Positions 37,193 to 46,879 of a DNA stretch of 64,000 bases are shown here, in pieces; positions within the stretch are counted from its first letter, which is position 1, and each line of letters starts with the position of its first letter. This DNA comes from an uncultured Candidatus Saccharibacteria bacterium (GTDB lineage: Bacteria; Patescibacteriota; Minisyncoccia; Phycocordibacterales; XYD1-FULL-46-19), in assembly GCA_964639285.1 (NCBI GenBank), contig CAZXCI010000001.1:42343-106342 (forward strand). Reading direction: 5' to 3'. A program made the translations under genes and the position numbers. A model generated the notes under the pieces. The model was given only the letters and a program-made list of their open reading frames with translations. It did no database searches and was not told where the DNA came from.

Positions 37193-38155
37193 ATGTCCCC
37201 CGAATCCCTCTCTCCCCACCCCGACCAAACCCAAGAGGAACTCCGTCCTCTCTATCAACAAAGACTCAATTCTCTCAAAGATCCTCTCCATCAAGGCCGT
37301 GATCAATATGCCCAAGACCTAAAGAACGGTCTCTTTGATGATCAAGAGGGTGAAGAACCAGGCCAAGGAGAGAAACGCCAAGAGGAAGCTCAACAAAAGC
37401 TTCTTAAACTCCTCGCCCAAGCCCAGAAACTCAAAGCTCTCCTCGACAGCGGAGAACCTCTTCCTCAATTATCTCCCGTCATCACCACTCCCTTCACCTA
37501 CACCAACCCCGACACTAACCAGGTGGAACTCCAAGAAACCATCACTCTTGATCTCGAAGCTAAACTCCAATCAACTCTCGCTTTCTACCAATCCATCAAC
37601 CTTGATATTCCCCCTGACTTTGAAGACCAAATCCGTGACATCTGGTCTCGTCATCAAGACGAGATTGAACAAGCCATTGCTACCCAAGGCTTCAATGACC
37701 TTCTCCTCCTTCCCCCCACCCCTAATCTCCCAGACTTAGCAAACAAAACCGAGATGGAACAAGGCTACTGGACTTCCGACAACTTCACCGAAGGTGGCGG
37801 TTTCGCCCAAGCCAAGAGCCAAAACACTAACCAAACCCGTCTTCTCTTAGTCCACCACACCCAAAATCTCCAAGACCACCCTCTCCTCAAGCAAACTCTC
37901 AATATCAAGGGCCAAGACGTTAACTTAAGTGAAGCCCTCACCTTAGAAGACTACCTTCTCTTCCAGAGACAATATTTTGCTCAAAACAACAAACACTTAG
38001 ATGAAGACGGCTGGACCTGGCTAGCCACTCATTCCGGCCCTCGCCTGGTCTGCGCCCGCTGGTTTCCTGGCGATCACCGGCTCCGCGTCGATGCGGGTGA
38101 CCTCACCAGCCAGGATGGCTATCTCGGTGTCCGCCCCACCCGCTGTTTCTTGTGA
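37193..38155 (+). CDS. DGR target protein 2: standalone C-type-lectin-fold variable protein
   Basis: 320 aa. Unique roughly 95-aa N-terminus, then the same 225-aa domain as target 1 ending in an identical VR. TATAAT at 37180-37185 only 7 nt upstream of the ATG. Confidence 0.7.
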   Translation: MSPESLSPHPDQTQEELRPLYQQRLNSLKDPLHQGRDQYAQDLKNGLFDDQEGEEPGQGEKRQEEAQQKLLKLLAQAQKLKALLDSGEPLPQLSPVITTPFTYTNPDTNQVELQETITLDLEAKLQSTLAFYQSINLDIPPDFEDQIRDIWSRHQDEIEQAIATQGFNDLLLLPPTPNLPDLANKTEMEQGYWTSDNFTEGGGFAQAKSQNTNQTRLLLVHHTQNLQDHPLLKQTLNIKGQDVNLSEALTLEDYLLFQRQYFAQNNKHLDEDGWTWLATHSGPRLVCARWFPGDHRLRVDAGDLTSQDGYLGVRPTRCFL

Positions 38156-38203
38156 GGTTAGGTTGTATTTTTGATTTTGGTTATTGTTTGAGATTTTTGG
38201 TTT
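37490..38203 (+). repeat. 714-bp direct repeat copy B
   Basis: See copy A (32765-33478). Confidence 0.85.
38036..38148 (+). other. DGR variable repeat VR2 (identical to VR1)
   Basis: Same 113 bp as VR1. Matches TR except at TR adenines. Confidence 0.8.
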
Positions 38204-38270
38204 TGTCTTGGTTTTTGTTACAATGTCTCTATTAATATCTAATCAAACCTATTTTTATATAAATAAAATT

Positions 38271-39317
38271 ATGGATAATCAAATTTCTAACGGGGGAAAC
38301 AAAAAAGTACGAGTGGGAATTAACGGTCTGGGGCGAATTGGGCGCGCTTTTCTAAAATTAGCAATTAAGAATCCGAATATCCAAATTGTAGGAGCTAACG
38401 ATTTGGGCGATCTTGAGAATATTGCTTATCTTTTAAAATATGACAGTGCCTACGGCAAATTTGCTGGGACAATCGCTACTGGCGACGGAGTTCTAATTGT
38501 GGATAATCAAGAAATTAAATTTTTTCAAGAAAAAGATCCGGCGCAATTGCCCTGGGGTGATTTGCAGGTTGATGTTGTTGTGGAATCGACTGGCGTTTTT
38601 GAAACTTTTGCCAAAGCCAAAGCTCACTTGGATGCGGGCGCGCGCAAGGTCGTGATCTCGGCGCCGGTGAAGGATGAGCCGGTGGCCGGTATTCCGGGCG
38701 GAACACATTTAATTAATATCAATGACGAAAATCTGTCAGACAAAGTTATCACGTCTAATGGTTCTTGCACCACCAATTGCGCGGCGCCGGTGATAAAAAT
38801 TCTTGATGAGGCGATTGGCGTGGAGAAGGCCCTGCTCAACACAACGCACGGTTATACGGCAACGCAAAAATTAGTTGATGTGGCTGATGCCAAGGATTGG
38901 CGACGGGGGAGAGCGGGTGCGATTAACCTTATTCCTTCTTCGACTGGCGCGGCAATTGCCGTGGGACAAGTGATCCCTTCAATGCAGGGCAAATTTGATG
39001 GGATTGCGGTGCGAGTTCCAGTGATTACGGGGTCAATGATTGATATTACTTTTATCGCTAAGAAAAATACCAGTGTGGAAGAAGTTAACAGCGCCTTAGA
39101 AAAAGCGGCGAGTGATCCTAAATGGCAATCAACTTTTACTGCAACCAAAGAGGCTCTCGTTTCCTCGGACATTTTGGGTAGCCCCTTTGCCTCTATTGCT
39201 GATCTCTCTTATACCAAGGTGGTAGGGGGCAATCTTGTCAAAGTGATGGCTTGGTATGACAATGAAGCCGGTTATACCAACACCCTCGTCGAACACGTGA
39301 TTAAATTGGGGCAGTAG
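38271..39317 (+). CDS. gap: Glyceraldehyde-3-phosphate dehydrogenase, type I
   Basis: VRVGINGLGRIGR (NAD binding). Active site SNGSCTTNCAAPV. The ATG at 38271 is preferred over the upstream 38184 extension. Confidence 0.9.
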   Translation: MDNQISNGGNKKVRVGINGLGRIGRAFLKLAIKNPNIQIVGANDLGDLENIAYLLKYDSAYGKFAGTIATGDGVLIVDNQEIKFFQEKDPAQLPWGDLQVDVVVESTGVFETFAKAKAHLDAGARKVVISAPVKDEPVAGIPGGTHLININDENLSDKVITSNGSCTTNCAAPVIKILDEAIGVEKALLNTTHGYTATQKLVDVADAKDWRRGRAGAINLIPSSTGAAIAVGQVIPSMQGKFDGIAVRVPVITGSMIDITFIAKKNTSVEEVNSALEKAASDPKWQSTFTATKEALVSSDILGSPFASIADLSYTKVVGGNLVKVMAWYDNEAGYTNTLVEHVIKLGQ

Positions 39318-39331
39318 GTTATAATAGTTAG

Positions 39332-39793
39332 ATGAAGATTTACTTGGGCACCGACCATGCTGGTTTTGAATTAAAGGAGAAGATCAAGGTCTATCTCAAG
39401 GGTAAGGGTCTGACTGTTGAGGATCAGGGGGCTTACGCTATTGATCCTGAGGATGATTATCCTGATTATGTGAAGATCGTCGCGCGGATGGTACAGGGTG
39501 AACCTGATAGTCGGGGAATTATTTTGGGTGGTTCGGGACAAGGTGAGGCTATTTGTGCCAATCGTTTCTCGGGAATTCGTGCTGCTCTCTATTATGGTGG
39601 GTCGCTCGATATCATCAAGCTTTCTCGTGAGCATAACAATGCCAATATTCTGTCGCTTGGGGCTCGATTTATAAAATTCGAAGAGGCAAAGACGGCGATC
39701 GATTTGTGGCTAGCCACACCTTTCTCTGATAATGAACGCCATGCTCGCCGAATTTTTGAAATAGATGATGGTTCGATGGGGAAGGTTATATAA
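39332..39793 (+). CDS. rpiB: Ribose-5-phosphate isomerase B
   Basis: MKIYLGTDHAGFELKEKI...GILLGGSGQGEAICANR is the RpiB/LacAB family signature. Confidence 0.85.
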   Translation: MKIYLGTDHAGFELKEKIKVYLKGKGLTVEDQGAYAIDPEDDYPDYVKIVARMVQGEPDSRGIILGGSGQGEAICANRFSGIRAALYYGGSLDIIKLSREHNNANILSLGARFIKFEEAKTAIDLWLATPFSDNERHARRIFEIDDGSMGKVI

Positions 39794-39799
39794 AGGAAT

Positions 39800-40459
39800 A
39801 TGGAAATAATCCCTTCAATTATTGCCTCTGATGCCGAAGAAGCTCGTACTCGAATGGTGCGGGTCGAAGGTCTTGTCGATTGGGTTGAGTTTGATGTGGC
39901 CGACGGCGTCTTTGTTCCGAGTTTCACTTGGCCAATGCTTCTGGGGCAAGCACCAGAGGATCTCAAAGAGGTGGACGGCAAGACAAAGATTAGTGCCCAC
40001 TTGATGGTAGAGCATCCCGAGACTCTCATTGATGACCATCGCCCCGGCGGGGCGAGCTGGCAAGACGTAGCAGATAGAATAATTTTTCATTACGAGGCAA
40101 CTGATGAAATTGAGAAAATAATTAGAAATGTTGGCGTGCATATGAGTTTAGGAATTGCTTTAGAATTGCCTACTCCGGTGGAGAAAATTTATCCCTATTT
40201 AGATAAAATAAAATTAGTTCAATTGATGAGTATCGAACGAGTGGGTTATTCTGGCGAAAAATTTGACGAACGAGTTTTTGAAAAAATTAAAACTCTTAAA
40301 ACTAACTGGCCAGATGTTAAAATTATTGTCGATGGGGGGATTGATTTAGAAATTGGCAAAAGGCTCAAAGAAGCCGGTGTTGATGGTTTAGTTGTTGGGT
40401 CACGAATCTGGAATGCTCCCAATATTGAAGAAGCCATACGCGATTTTCAAAGTTTGTAG
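39800..40459 (+). CDS. rpe: Ribulose-phosphate 3-epimerase
   Basis: IIPSIIASDAEEARTRMVRVEGLVDWVEFDVADGVFVP and the C-terminal VDGGI. Confidence 0.85.
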   Translation: MEIIPSIIASDAEEARTRMVRVEGLVDWVEFDVADGVFVPSFTWPMLLGQAPEDLKEVDGKTKISAHLMVEHPETLIDDHRPGGASWQDVADRIIFHYEATDEIEKIIRNVGVHMSLGIALELPTPVEKIYPYLDKIKLVQLMSIERVGYSGEKFDERVFEKIKTLKTNWPDVKIIVDGGIDLEIGKRLKEAGVDGLVVGSRIWNAPNIEEAIRDFQSL

Positions 40460-40467
40460 CTAAATTT

Positions 40468-41298
40468 ATGATACTTATTGATGACAAATTAAAATTTTTA
40501 GAAGGCAAAGCGAAGAATATTCGTCGTTCAATTATTGAGATGCTAGTAGAGGCACGATCTGGGCATACAGCAGGAGCCTTAGGTATGGCCGATATTTTCA
40601 CCGCCCTTTATTTTGGTCTTTTGAATCATGATGTTAAGAAGCCGGACTGGCCAGAGAGAGACAGGTTAATTTTGTCGAATGGTCACATTTGTCCAGTTTT
40701 GTATGCGACCTTAGCTGAGGCGGGTTATATTGAGAGAAAAGAATTATTGACCTTGCGCAAATATGGCTCGCGCTTACAGGGTCATCCGCATCGCGAATTT
40801 TTGCCATTGATGGAGACAAGCTCGGGCCCTCTAGGTGAAGGTTTATCGCAGGCGGTGGGCATGGCTCTAGCGGATCGTCTTGATAGTGGCAAGAGTTCGC
40901 AAAAATTCTTTTATTGTTTGATGAGTGATGGCGAATTACAGGAGGGGAGTACTTGGGAGGCAGCAATGTTGGCGGGTAAAGAAAAGCCCCATAATCTTAT
41001 TGCTGTTATCGACCGCAATAATATCCAAATTGATGGTCATACCGAAGATGTGATGCCCTTAGAATCGCTCGCTGACAAATGGCGAGCCTTTGGTTGGCAG
41101 GTAATCGAGATTGACGGACACAGCTTCCAAGAAATTTTTGATGCCGTGGGCATGGCCAAATCTGTCTTCAATCGCCCGACGGTTATTATTGCCCACACTA
41201 CCCCTGGCAAAGGCGTCCTAGAATTTGAAAATAAATTTGAATGGCACGGCAAACCTCCGACTAAAGAGGAGGGGATCGAAGCCTTGAAAGAAATATGA
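40468..41298 (+). CDS. Transketolase, N-terminal (TPP-binding) subunit of split enzyme
   Basis: GHTAGALGMADIFTALYFGLL and the GDG-like SDGELQEGSTWEA TPP motif. Confidence 0.85.
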   Translation: MILIDDKLKFLEGKAKNIRRSIIEMLVEARSGHTAGALGMADIFTALYFGLLNHDVKKPDWPERDRLILSNGHICPVLYATLAEAGYIERKELLTLRKYGSRLQGHPHREFLPLMETSSGPLGEGLSQAVGMALADRLDSGKSSQKFFYCLMSDGELQEGSTWEAAMLAGKEKPHNLIAVIDRNNIQIDGHTEDVMPLESLADKWRAFGWQVIEIDGHSFQEIFDAVGMAKSVFNRPTVIIAHTTPGKGVLEFENKFEWHGKPPTKEEGIEALKEI

Positions 41299-42278
41299 GT
41301 AACCTTAACCCCAAAATTTACGAACTTAATGTTGAGCAGAAGGCGATTCGGAGTGGCTTCGGTGAGGGTCTGGTTGAGGCGGGGGAGAAAAATGAAAATG
41401 TCGTGGTTTTGTGCGCGGACTTGAAGGAGTCGACCCGTGTTGAAGAATTTTCCAAGAAATTCCCCGAGAGATTTATTGAGTTGGGTGTAGCCGAGCAGAA
41501 TATGGCTGGCGTGGCTTCGGGAATGGCCACTATGGGCAAAGTTCCTTTTATGGTCTCTTACGCTATCTTCTCGCCAGGGCGGAATTGGGAGCATGTCCGG
41601 ACAACGATTTGTTACAACAATACTAATGTCAAAATTGTTGGAGCTCATGCGGGGCTTAATGTTGGACCTGACGGCGGTTCGCATCAGATGCTTGAAGATA
41701 TTGCTCTCACCCGAGTTTTGCCTAATATGACCGTGGTCGTCCCTTGTGATGCTATTGAAGCGAAGAAAGCAACGCTGGCTCTGGCCGAATCTATTGGCCC
41801 GGCTTATCTGCGTTTGGCGAGAGAAAAGAGTCCTGTCGTGACAACCGAAGAATCAGACTTTGTTATTGGTAAGGCAAATACTTTGCTTGATCAAGAGAGC
41901 CCTGAAGCGACTCTTATTGCTTGTGGCCCGATGGTTTATCGGGCCCTTATCGCTGCTAAGAAATTGGATCGAGAGGGGATTAAGGTTAGTGTTATCAATA
42001 ATCATACGATTAAACCCTTGGATGAAGAAACCTTGCTTGAGGCCGTGCAAAAAGCGGGGGCTGTTGTTGCTTGCGAAGAGCATCAAATTGCCGGCGGGAT
42101 GGGGAGTGCGGTGGCTGAATTATTAGCCAAGACAAATCCTGTGCCCATGGAGTTTGTTGGTGTTGCTGATCGTTTCGGCCAATCTGGTGAACCCGCCGAG
42201 CTTATGGAGCATTATGGCCTTGGTGTTGATGATATTATCGATGCGGTAAAAAGAGTAATTAAGAGGAAAAAGTCTTAA
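41295..42278 (+). CDS. Transketolase, C-terminal (pyrimidine-binding) subunit
   Basis: Pyr domain plus the transketolase C-terminal domain. ATGA overlap with the upstream subunit. Confidence 0.85.
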   Translation: MSNLNPKIYELNVEQKAIRSGFGEGLVEAGEKNENVVVLCADLKESTRVEEFSKKFPERFIELGVAEQNMAGVASGMATMGKVPFMVSYAIFSPGRNWEHVRTTICYNNTNVKIVGAHAGLNVGPDGGSHQMLEDIALTRVLPNMTVVVPCDAIEAKKATLALAESIGPAYLRLAREKSPVVTTEESDFVIGKANTLLDQESPEATLIACGPMVYRALIAAKKLDREGIKVSVINNHTIKPLDEETLLEAVQKAGAVVACEEHQIAGGMGSAVAELLAKTNPVPMEFVGVADRFGQSGEPAELMEHYGLGVDDIIDAVKRVIKRKKS

Positions 42279-42281
42279 AGA

Positions 42282-42575
42282 ATGGTTCAAAAATTACAAA
42301 AGACTCCTGTTCTAGACAAAATAGCTTTTGCCCTTATGCGATTTTCTCGCTGGTTATTTTTTAGGACTATTCCGATGATCGTTTCTGCTTTTACCATTAT
42401 CTATCTCCCCAGGGAAAAGGTTAACGATCTTGCGGGTGGCGATCCTCTTATCGCTAAGGTTATTTTATTATTTGAATTTATTTTGGTCTTTCTTCTCGTT
42501 TCTGGCCTCATTTCGTTTTTTGACAAAAAATATTTCAAAGAAGCTTTCGATGCTTGGCCACAGAGAAAAAGGTAA
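42282..42575 (+). CDS. Small membrane protein, hypothetical
   Basis: 97 aa with two predicted TM helices. Confidence 0.35.
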   Translation: MVQKLQKTPVLDKIAFALMRFSRWLFFRTIPMIVSAFTIIYLPREKVNDLAGGDPLIAKVILLFEFILVFLLVSGLISFFDKKYFKEAFDAWPQRKR

Positions 42576-42577
42576 AA

Positions 42578-43639
42578 TTAGTATTTTTTAATTTCAGAAC
42601 GGGTAAGGAGGCCTTCATGGGGGCCGATTTTGGTAACAACAGAGGCGGAGTTGGTGGCGCCCCAGACTAAGGCTTCTTCGCTAGAGAGGCCATCGATTGT
42701 TGCGGCGAGAAAAGCGGAGGCGAAGGCGTCACCGGCGCCGGTTCGTTCGATAGCTGGGCCAAAGATTTTTAGGGCGGGGGTTTGAAAGAAATTATTGTTT
42801 GCGTCTAGGACGCTGGCGCCATTTTCGCCGTCGGTGATGATGACTGTTTTCGGCCCTAGTTTCTTTATTTGCTCGGCTAATGTGTGAAGTACGACTTGGC
42901 TACGCGAAGTTGGACTTCCCACATTAGCCTCACTTGAAGTCACATCTCTCACAAGCCCGTCTGAGGTCGTTTCTCTTACAACTTTTCCCTCAGCTATTTT
43001 CTCAGCTTCTTGTTTGTTGCAAAATAGGATTTCGGTGTGGGCGTAAATATCTTTTAATTTTTCTGTGCCAGCTTTTATTTGCCAGGTACCGGGACTAAAG
43101 GCGAGTTTGACTTCAGGATGGGTGATGAACCAATCGGAGATCTTCTGGTGAAGAGAAAAATCACTGTCGTTAATTGATGATAAATAAAGCCAATCAGTTC
43201 TTGGACTGTCTGGCCCATCTTGGAGAAAATTAAGGAACTGATCATTCGCATAATCTTCATGTTTAACCAAGATTGTTCGGTCGTCGGCGTACCAGAGAAC
43301 ATAGTTGTAGTTAGTTGGAATTCCGACATGAGTTTTAATCCAGGTGGTGTCAGCATTGGCGTCTTTTAGTTTGGCGAGAGTTTTTCGTCCATGATCATCA
43401 TCACCGACGTTTGAGATATAAGCGACATTTAGGCCAAGCTTGGCTGAACCTAAGGTCACATTGGAGCTATTGCCTCCGGCGGGGATCTCAGTGACTGATT
43501 CGTAAGGAATCTTCGAGGCAAACTTCATGCAGATCTTGCATTCGGGTTTGTCAATCTGGCAATTTAACTCAGCTTCAGAGAGGCGAATAAAAGCATCGGT
43601 AGCGTTATCCCCCATGGAGATTAAATCAAATTTTGTCAT
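42578..43639 (-). CDS. PfkB-family carbohydrate kinase
   Basis: C-terminal GAGDAFASAFLAA PfkB signature. N-terminal di-Gly region in ISMGDN. Confidence 0.75.
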   Translation of the reverse strand: MTKFDLISMGDNATDAFIRLSEAELNCQIDKPECKICMKFASKIPYESVTEIPAGGNSSNVTLGSAKLGLNVAYISNVGDDDHGRKTLAKLKDANADTTWIKTHVGIPTNYNYVLWYADDRTILVKHEDYANDQFLNFLQDGPDSPRTDWLYLSSINDSDFSLHQKISDWFITHPEVKLAFSPGTWQIKAGTEKLKDIYAHTEILFCNKQEAEKIAEGKVVRETTSDGLVRDVTSSEANVGSPTSRSQVVLHTLAEQIKKLGPKTVIITDGENGASVLDANNNFFQTPALKIFGPAIERTGAGDAFASAFLAATIDGLSSEEALVWGATNSASVVTKIGPHEGLLTRSEIKKY

Positions 43640-43655
43640 ATGCTATGATTATAAT

Positions 43656-44525
43656 ATGAAAACTTTAAAAGAGGTAATTTTAGAGGCGGATAAACAGAAG
43701 ATAGCCATTGGGCACTTCAACATATCTAATATTGAGGGTCTCTGGGGAATCTTTCGAGCGGCCAAAGGTCTTAATCTTCCAGTAATCATTGGTGTGTCTG
43801 AGGGCGAACGAGATTTTATCGGTTTGGCTCAAGTTGTTGCCTTAGTAACGAGTCTTAAGGAAGAATTTAATTACCCAATTTATCTATCAGCTGATCATAC
43901 CTCATCCTTCGAGCGAGCCAAAGAGGCGATTGATTTGGGTTTTGACATGATTGTCTTTGACCGAAGTGAATTATCTCTTGACGACAATATCGCTGAAACA
44001 AAAAAATGTGTTGATTATGCCCGTTCTGTGAATCCTAATATTTTGGTTGAGGGAGAACTTGGTTATATTGGTAAATCTTCCAAGATGCTTGAAGAAATTC
44101 CAGAGGGGGTGGCGATTGAGGAAGGCTCTATTACTAATGCTGATGAAGCCTCAAAACTGGTTAAAGAGTCTGGAGTAGATCTTTTTTCCCCAGCGGTTGG
44201 CAATCTCCACGGTATGCTCAAGCATGCTCCTAACCCAAGACTAAATATTGATCGAATTAAAGAGATTCGCGAAGCGACGGGTGTTCCCCTTGTCTTGCAC
44301 GGGGGGTCTGGCCTTCCGGATACTGATTTTTGGGCGGCGATTAAGGCGGGGGTTTCTGTTATCCATATCAATACCGAGTTGAGATTGGCCTATCGGGATG
44401 CCCTGCGCGATTTCCTCCAAAATTATCCTGAGGAAATTGCTCCGTATAAGATTATGAAGGGGGCCATTGGCGCTATGAAAGACGTAACTGAAAAGAGGCT
44501 CAAACTTTTTTCTCGACTGACTTAG
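43656..44525 (+). CDS. fba: Class II fructose-bisphosphate aldolase
   Basis: MKTLKEVILEADKQKIAIGHFNISNIEGL... and HGGSG near the C-terminus. Start at 43656 avoids overlap with the divergent kinase. Confidence 0.85.
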   Translation: MKTLKEVILEADKQKIAIGHFNISNIEGLWGIFRAAKGLNLPVIIGVSEGERDFIGLAQVVALVTSLKEEFNYPIYLSADHTSSFERAKEAIDLGFDMIVFDRSELSLDDNIAETKKCVDYARSVNPNILVEGELGYIGKSSKMLEEIPEGVAIEEGSITNADEASKLVKESGVDLFSPAVGNLHGMLKHAPNPRLNIDRIKEIREATGVPLVLHGGSGLPDTDFWAAIKAGVSVIHINTELRLAYRDALRDFLQNYPEEIAPYKIMKGAIGAMKDVTEKRLKLFSRLT

Positions 44526-44575
44526 TTTGATAACTGTTTTGACATTATTCAATTTTTGGGTATACTTAATCCGTT

Positions 44576-45256
44576 ATGATGTTGAAGTTAAAGGCTCAAG
44601 CTCGAACCGCTTTTGGTAAGAAGGTTCAATCTCTGCGTAACGAGGGTCAAATTCCTGCGATTGTTTATGGTGGAGGAGGATCTAAGGCTGGAGATAAGGG
44701 GGCCACGTCTCTTGCCATCGATGCCTCTGAATTTAAAAAAGTGTTAACTAAGGCGGGGGAATCTACGATTATTTCTCTTGAGCTGGATGGAAAAGGGCAA
44801 GATGTTCTTATTCATGAGGTTCAAGTTGACCCTGTCTCCGGCACTCCTATCCACGCTGATTTTTACATTGTTAGTCAGGACAAAGAACTTGAAGTAGCGG
44901 TACCGCTCGTCTTCGAGGGGGTTTCTCCGGCTGTTAAAGATCTTGGCGGTAGTTTAGTTAAAGTTTTGCATGAGTTGGAAATTCGCGCTTTGCCTAAGAA
45001 TTTACCTCACGACCTTATTGTTGATATTTCTTCTCTGGTGGCTCTCGATAGCCAGATTCTTATAAAAGATTTGAAATTGCCGACTGGGGTTGAATCTGTC
45101 TTAGGGCCTGAAGAAGTTGTTGCCGCTGTCTCTGAGGCGGTGGAAGAAATTATTGAAGAGGCGGCCCCAGTTGACCTTTCCGAGATTGAGGTAGAGAAGA
45201 AGGGTAAGAAAGAAGAAGAGGGCGAAGGAGAAGGGGAAGCGAGCGCGACTGAATAA
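44576..45256 (+). CDS. rplY: 50S ribosomal protein bL25 (Ctc form) with acidic C-terminal tail
   Basis: LKAQARTAFGKKVQSLRNEGQIPAIVYG. The C-terminal extension ends KKEEEGEGEGE. Confidence 0.85.
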   Translation: MMLKLKAQARTAFGKKVQSLRNEGQIPAIVYGGGGSKAGDKGATSLAIDASEFKKVLTKAGESTIISLELDGKGQDVLIHEVQVDPVSGTPIHADFYIVSQDKELEVAVPLVFEGVSPAVKDLGGSLVKVLHELEIRALPKNLPHDLIVDISSLVALDSQILIKDLKLPTGVESVLGPEEVVAAVSEAVEEIIEEAAPVDLSEIEVEKKGKKEEEGEGEGEASATE

Positions 45257-45276
45257 TTTTTGCTATAATACCCCTA

Positions 45277-46593
45277 ATGGGAAAACGGACAATTTTTTCA
45301 TGTCTCGTATTTTTTGCTGGTCTGGGGCTGGTCCTTTTTCCGATTATCTCTTACGCTGAGACAGCGCAAGAAAAAGAGGCTCGTTTGAGCGCTGAGCTTA
45401 GACAGGTAGAAGCCGAAATTGCTGGCCAGAAAAGTCTTCTCCAATCAAAACAAAAAGAGACAGCTAGTATTAAGCGGGATATTGATATCTTGACTTATAA
45501 GATAAATACGGCCCAACTTAATATTAAAGCCAAACAAATTGAGATTTCCCGCTTGGGTGGGGTTATTGTGCAAAAGGAGAAAACCATTGTTACTCTCTCT
45601 GATCGTTTAGACAAAGAAAAGAATTCTCTAGCCGAGCTGTTGCGTCAAACACGAGAACTTGACGACAATACTTTTGCTGAGATTGTTCTATCTCCACAGA
45701 CCCTATCTAATCTGTTTGTTGATGTTCAGCGTTTCCATGCGGTCGGAGACAGGGTTAAGGTAACCCTCGATTCTTTGCGTGGGGTTAAGAAAGATACCGA
45801 ATCGCAAAAAGTTGTTCTTGAGGATCGTCGTGATGCTGAGACTAATGCCAAGAAAGCGATCGAGGCCGAGAAGGCTAATATTGAGCAATTAAACAAAGAG
45901 AAGACAGTTCTTCTTAATGCTAGTAAGGCCAAGGAGAATACTTATAAGGCGGTTATCGCGACCAAAGAGAAACAACGAGCGGCAATTTTAAATGCTTTAT
46001 ATACCCTTCGAGGAGCTAAGAATATTACCTTTGGTCAAGCTCTTGAACATGCCAAATTTGTTTCTGGAAAGACGGGGGTTAGGCCGGCTTTCCTTCTAGC
46101 GATTATTACTCAAGAATCAAATCTGGGTGAGAATATTGGGACTTGTAATCGGCCGGGGGATCCGGAGGCGAAGCTTTATAAAGCGGTGATGAAACCAGAT
46201 CGTGATATTATTCCCTTCGAGAAAATTTGCCGAGAGCTGGGAATTGATCCAGTGGGACAACCGATCTCTTGCCCTTATCGTGGCGGTTATGGTGGAGCAA
46301 TGGGGCCGGCTCAGTTTATTCCCTCGACTTGGATGGGGATGAAGAGTGCGGTCTCTAAACTGACCGGCAATAACCCGCCTAACCCTTGGGACGCTCGAGA
46401 TGCCTTCTCGGCGTCAGGGCTCTATCTCCGTGACCTTGGTGCAGACGGGGGTACTTATACCTCTGAGCGCAAGGCGGCTCTTAAGTATTATGCTGGAGGG
46501 AACTGGTCTAACCCCAAGAACGCCTTCTATGGGGATGAAGTTATGGCTATCGCTAAGCGTTATCAGAGCCAAATCGATATCTTGCAGAATTAA
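45277..46593 (+). CDS. Secreted coiled-coil protein with C-terminal lytic-transglycosylase/lysozyme-like domain
   Basis: Signal peptide. About 230 aa of coiled coil. Then FLLAIITQESNLGENIGTC...GAMGPAQFIPSTW resembles the SLT catalytic E-S and GLMQ-like motifs. Confidence 0.5.
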   Translation: MGKRTIFSCLVFFAGLGLVLFPIISYAETAQEKEARLSAELRQVEAEIAGQKSLLQSKQKETASIKRDIDILTYKINTAQLNIKAKQIEISRLGGVIVQKEKTIVTLSDRLDKEKNSLAELLRQTRELDDNTFAEIVLSPQTLSNLFVDVQRFHAVGDRVKVTLDSLRGVKKDTESQKVVLEDRRDAETNAKKAIEAEKANIEQLNKEKTVLLNASKAKENTYKAVIATKEKQRAAILNALYTLRGAKNITFGQALEHAKFVSGKTGVRPAFLLAIITQESNLGENIGTCNRPGDPEAKLYKAVMKPDRDIIPFEKICRELGIDPVGQPISCPYRGGYGGAMGPAQFIPSTWMGMKSAVSKLTGNNPPNPWDARDAFSASGLYLRDLGADGGTYTSERKAALKYYAGGNWSNPKNAFYGDEVMAIAKRYQSQIDILQN

Positions 46594-46618
46594 TAATAAA
46601 CTGTTATAGTTCCCTAGT

Positions 46619-46873
46619 ATGAAGAAAGAAATTCACCCTAAATATTACGAGGCTAAAGTCACTTGTGCTTGTGGCAACGCTTTTACTGTTGGTGCTTCAG
46701 TCGAGAAAATTCAGGTAGAAATCTGTAGTGCCTGCCACCCCTTCTTTACTGGTAATGAGAAAGTTGTTGATACGGCTGGTATGGTAGAGAAATTTAGAGG
46801 CCGAGCTGCCAAAGCGACAACCGCTAAGAAAAAGACCAAATCTGCTCCTGCCAAAGTTTCGGCGGAGAAGTAG
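46619..46873 (+). CDS. rpmE: 50S ribosomal protein bL31
   Basis: [11 protein letters not shown]...CACG...[10 protein letters not shown] zinc-ribbon. Confidence 0.85.
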   Translation: MKKEIHPKYYEAKVTCACGNAFTVGASVEKIQVEICSACHPFFTGNEKVVDTAGMVEKFRGRAAKATTAKKKTKSAPAKVSAEK

Positions 46874-46879
46874 ATACTA

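Noticed and set aside
38184-38270. N-terminal extension of GAPDH (MFEIFGFVLVFVTMSLLISNQTYFYINKI)
   Set aside because: GAPDH begins with the Rossmann motif VRVGINGLGRIGR a few residues after the ATG at 38271. The extension runs through an AT-rich promoter-like region.
43640-43655. 16-bp head-to-head gap between the pfkB kinase and fba as a shared regulatory palindrome
   Set aside because: Only a TATAAT box is recognisable (counted in the leaderless-start observation). No inverted repeat or operator-like symmetry is present.
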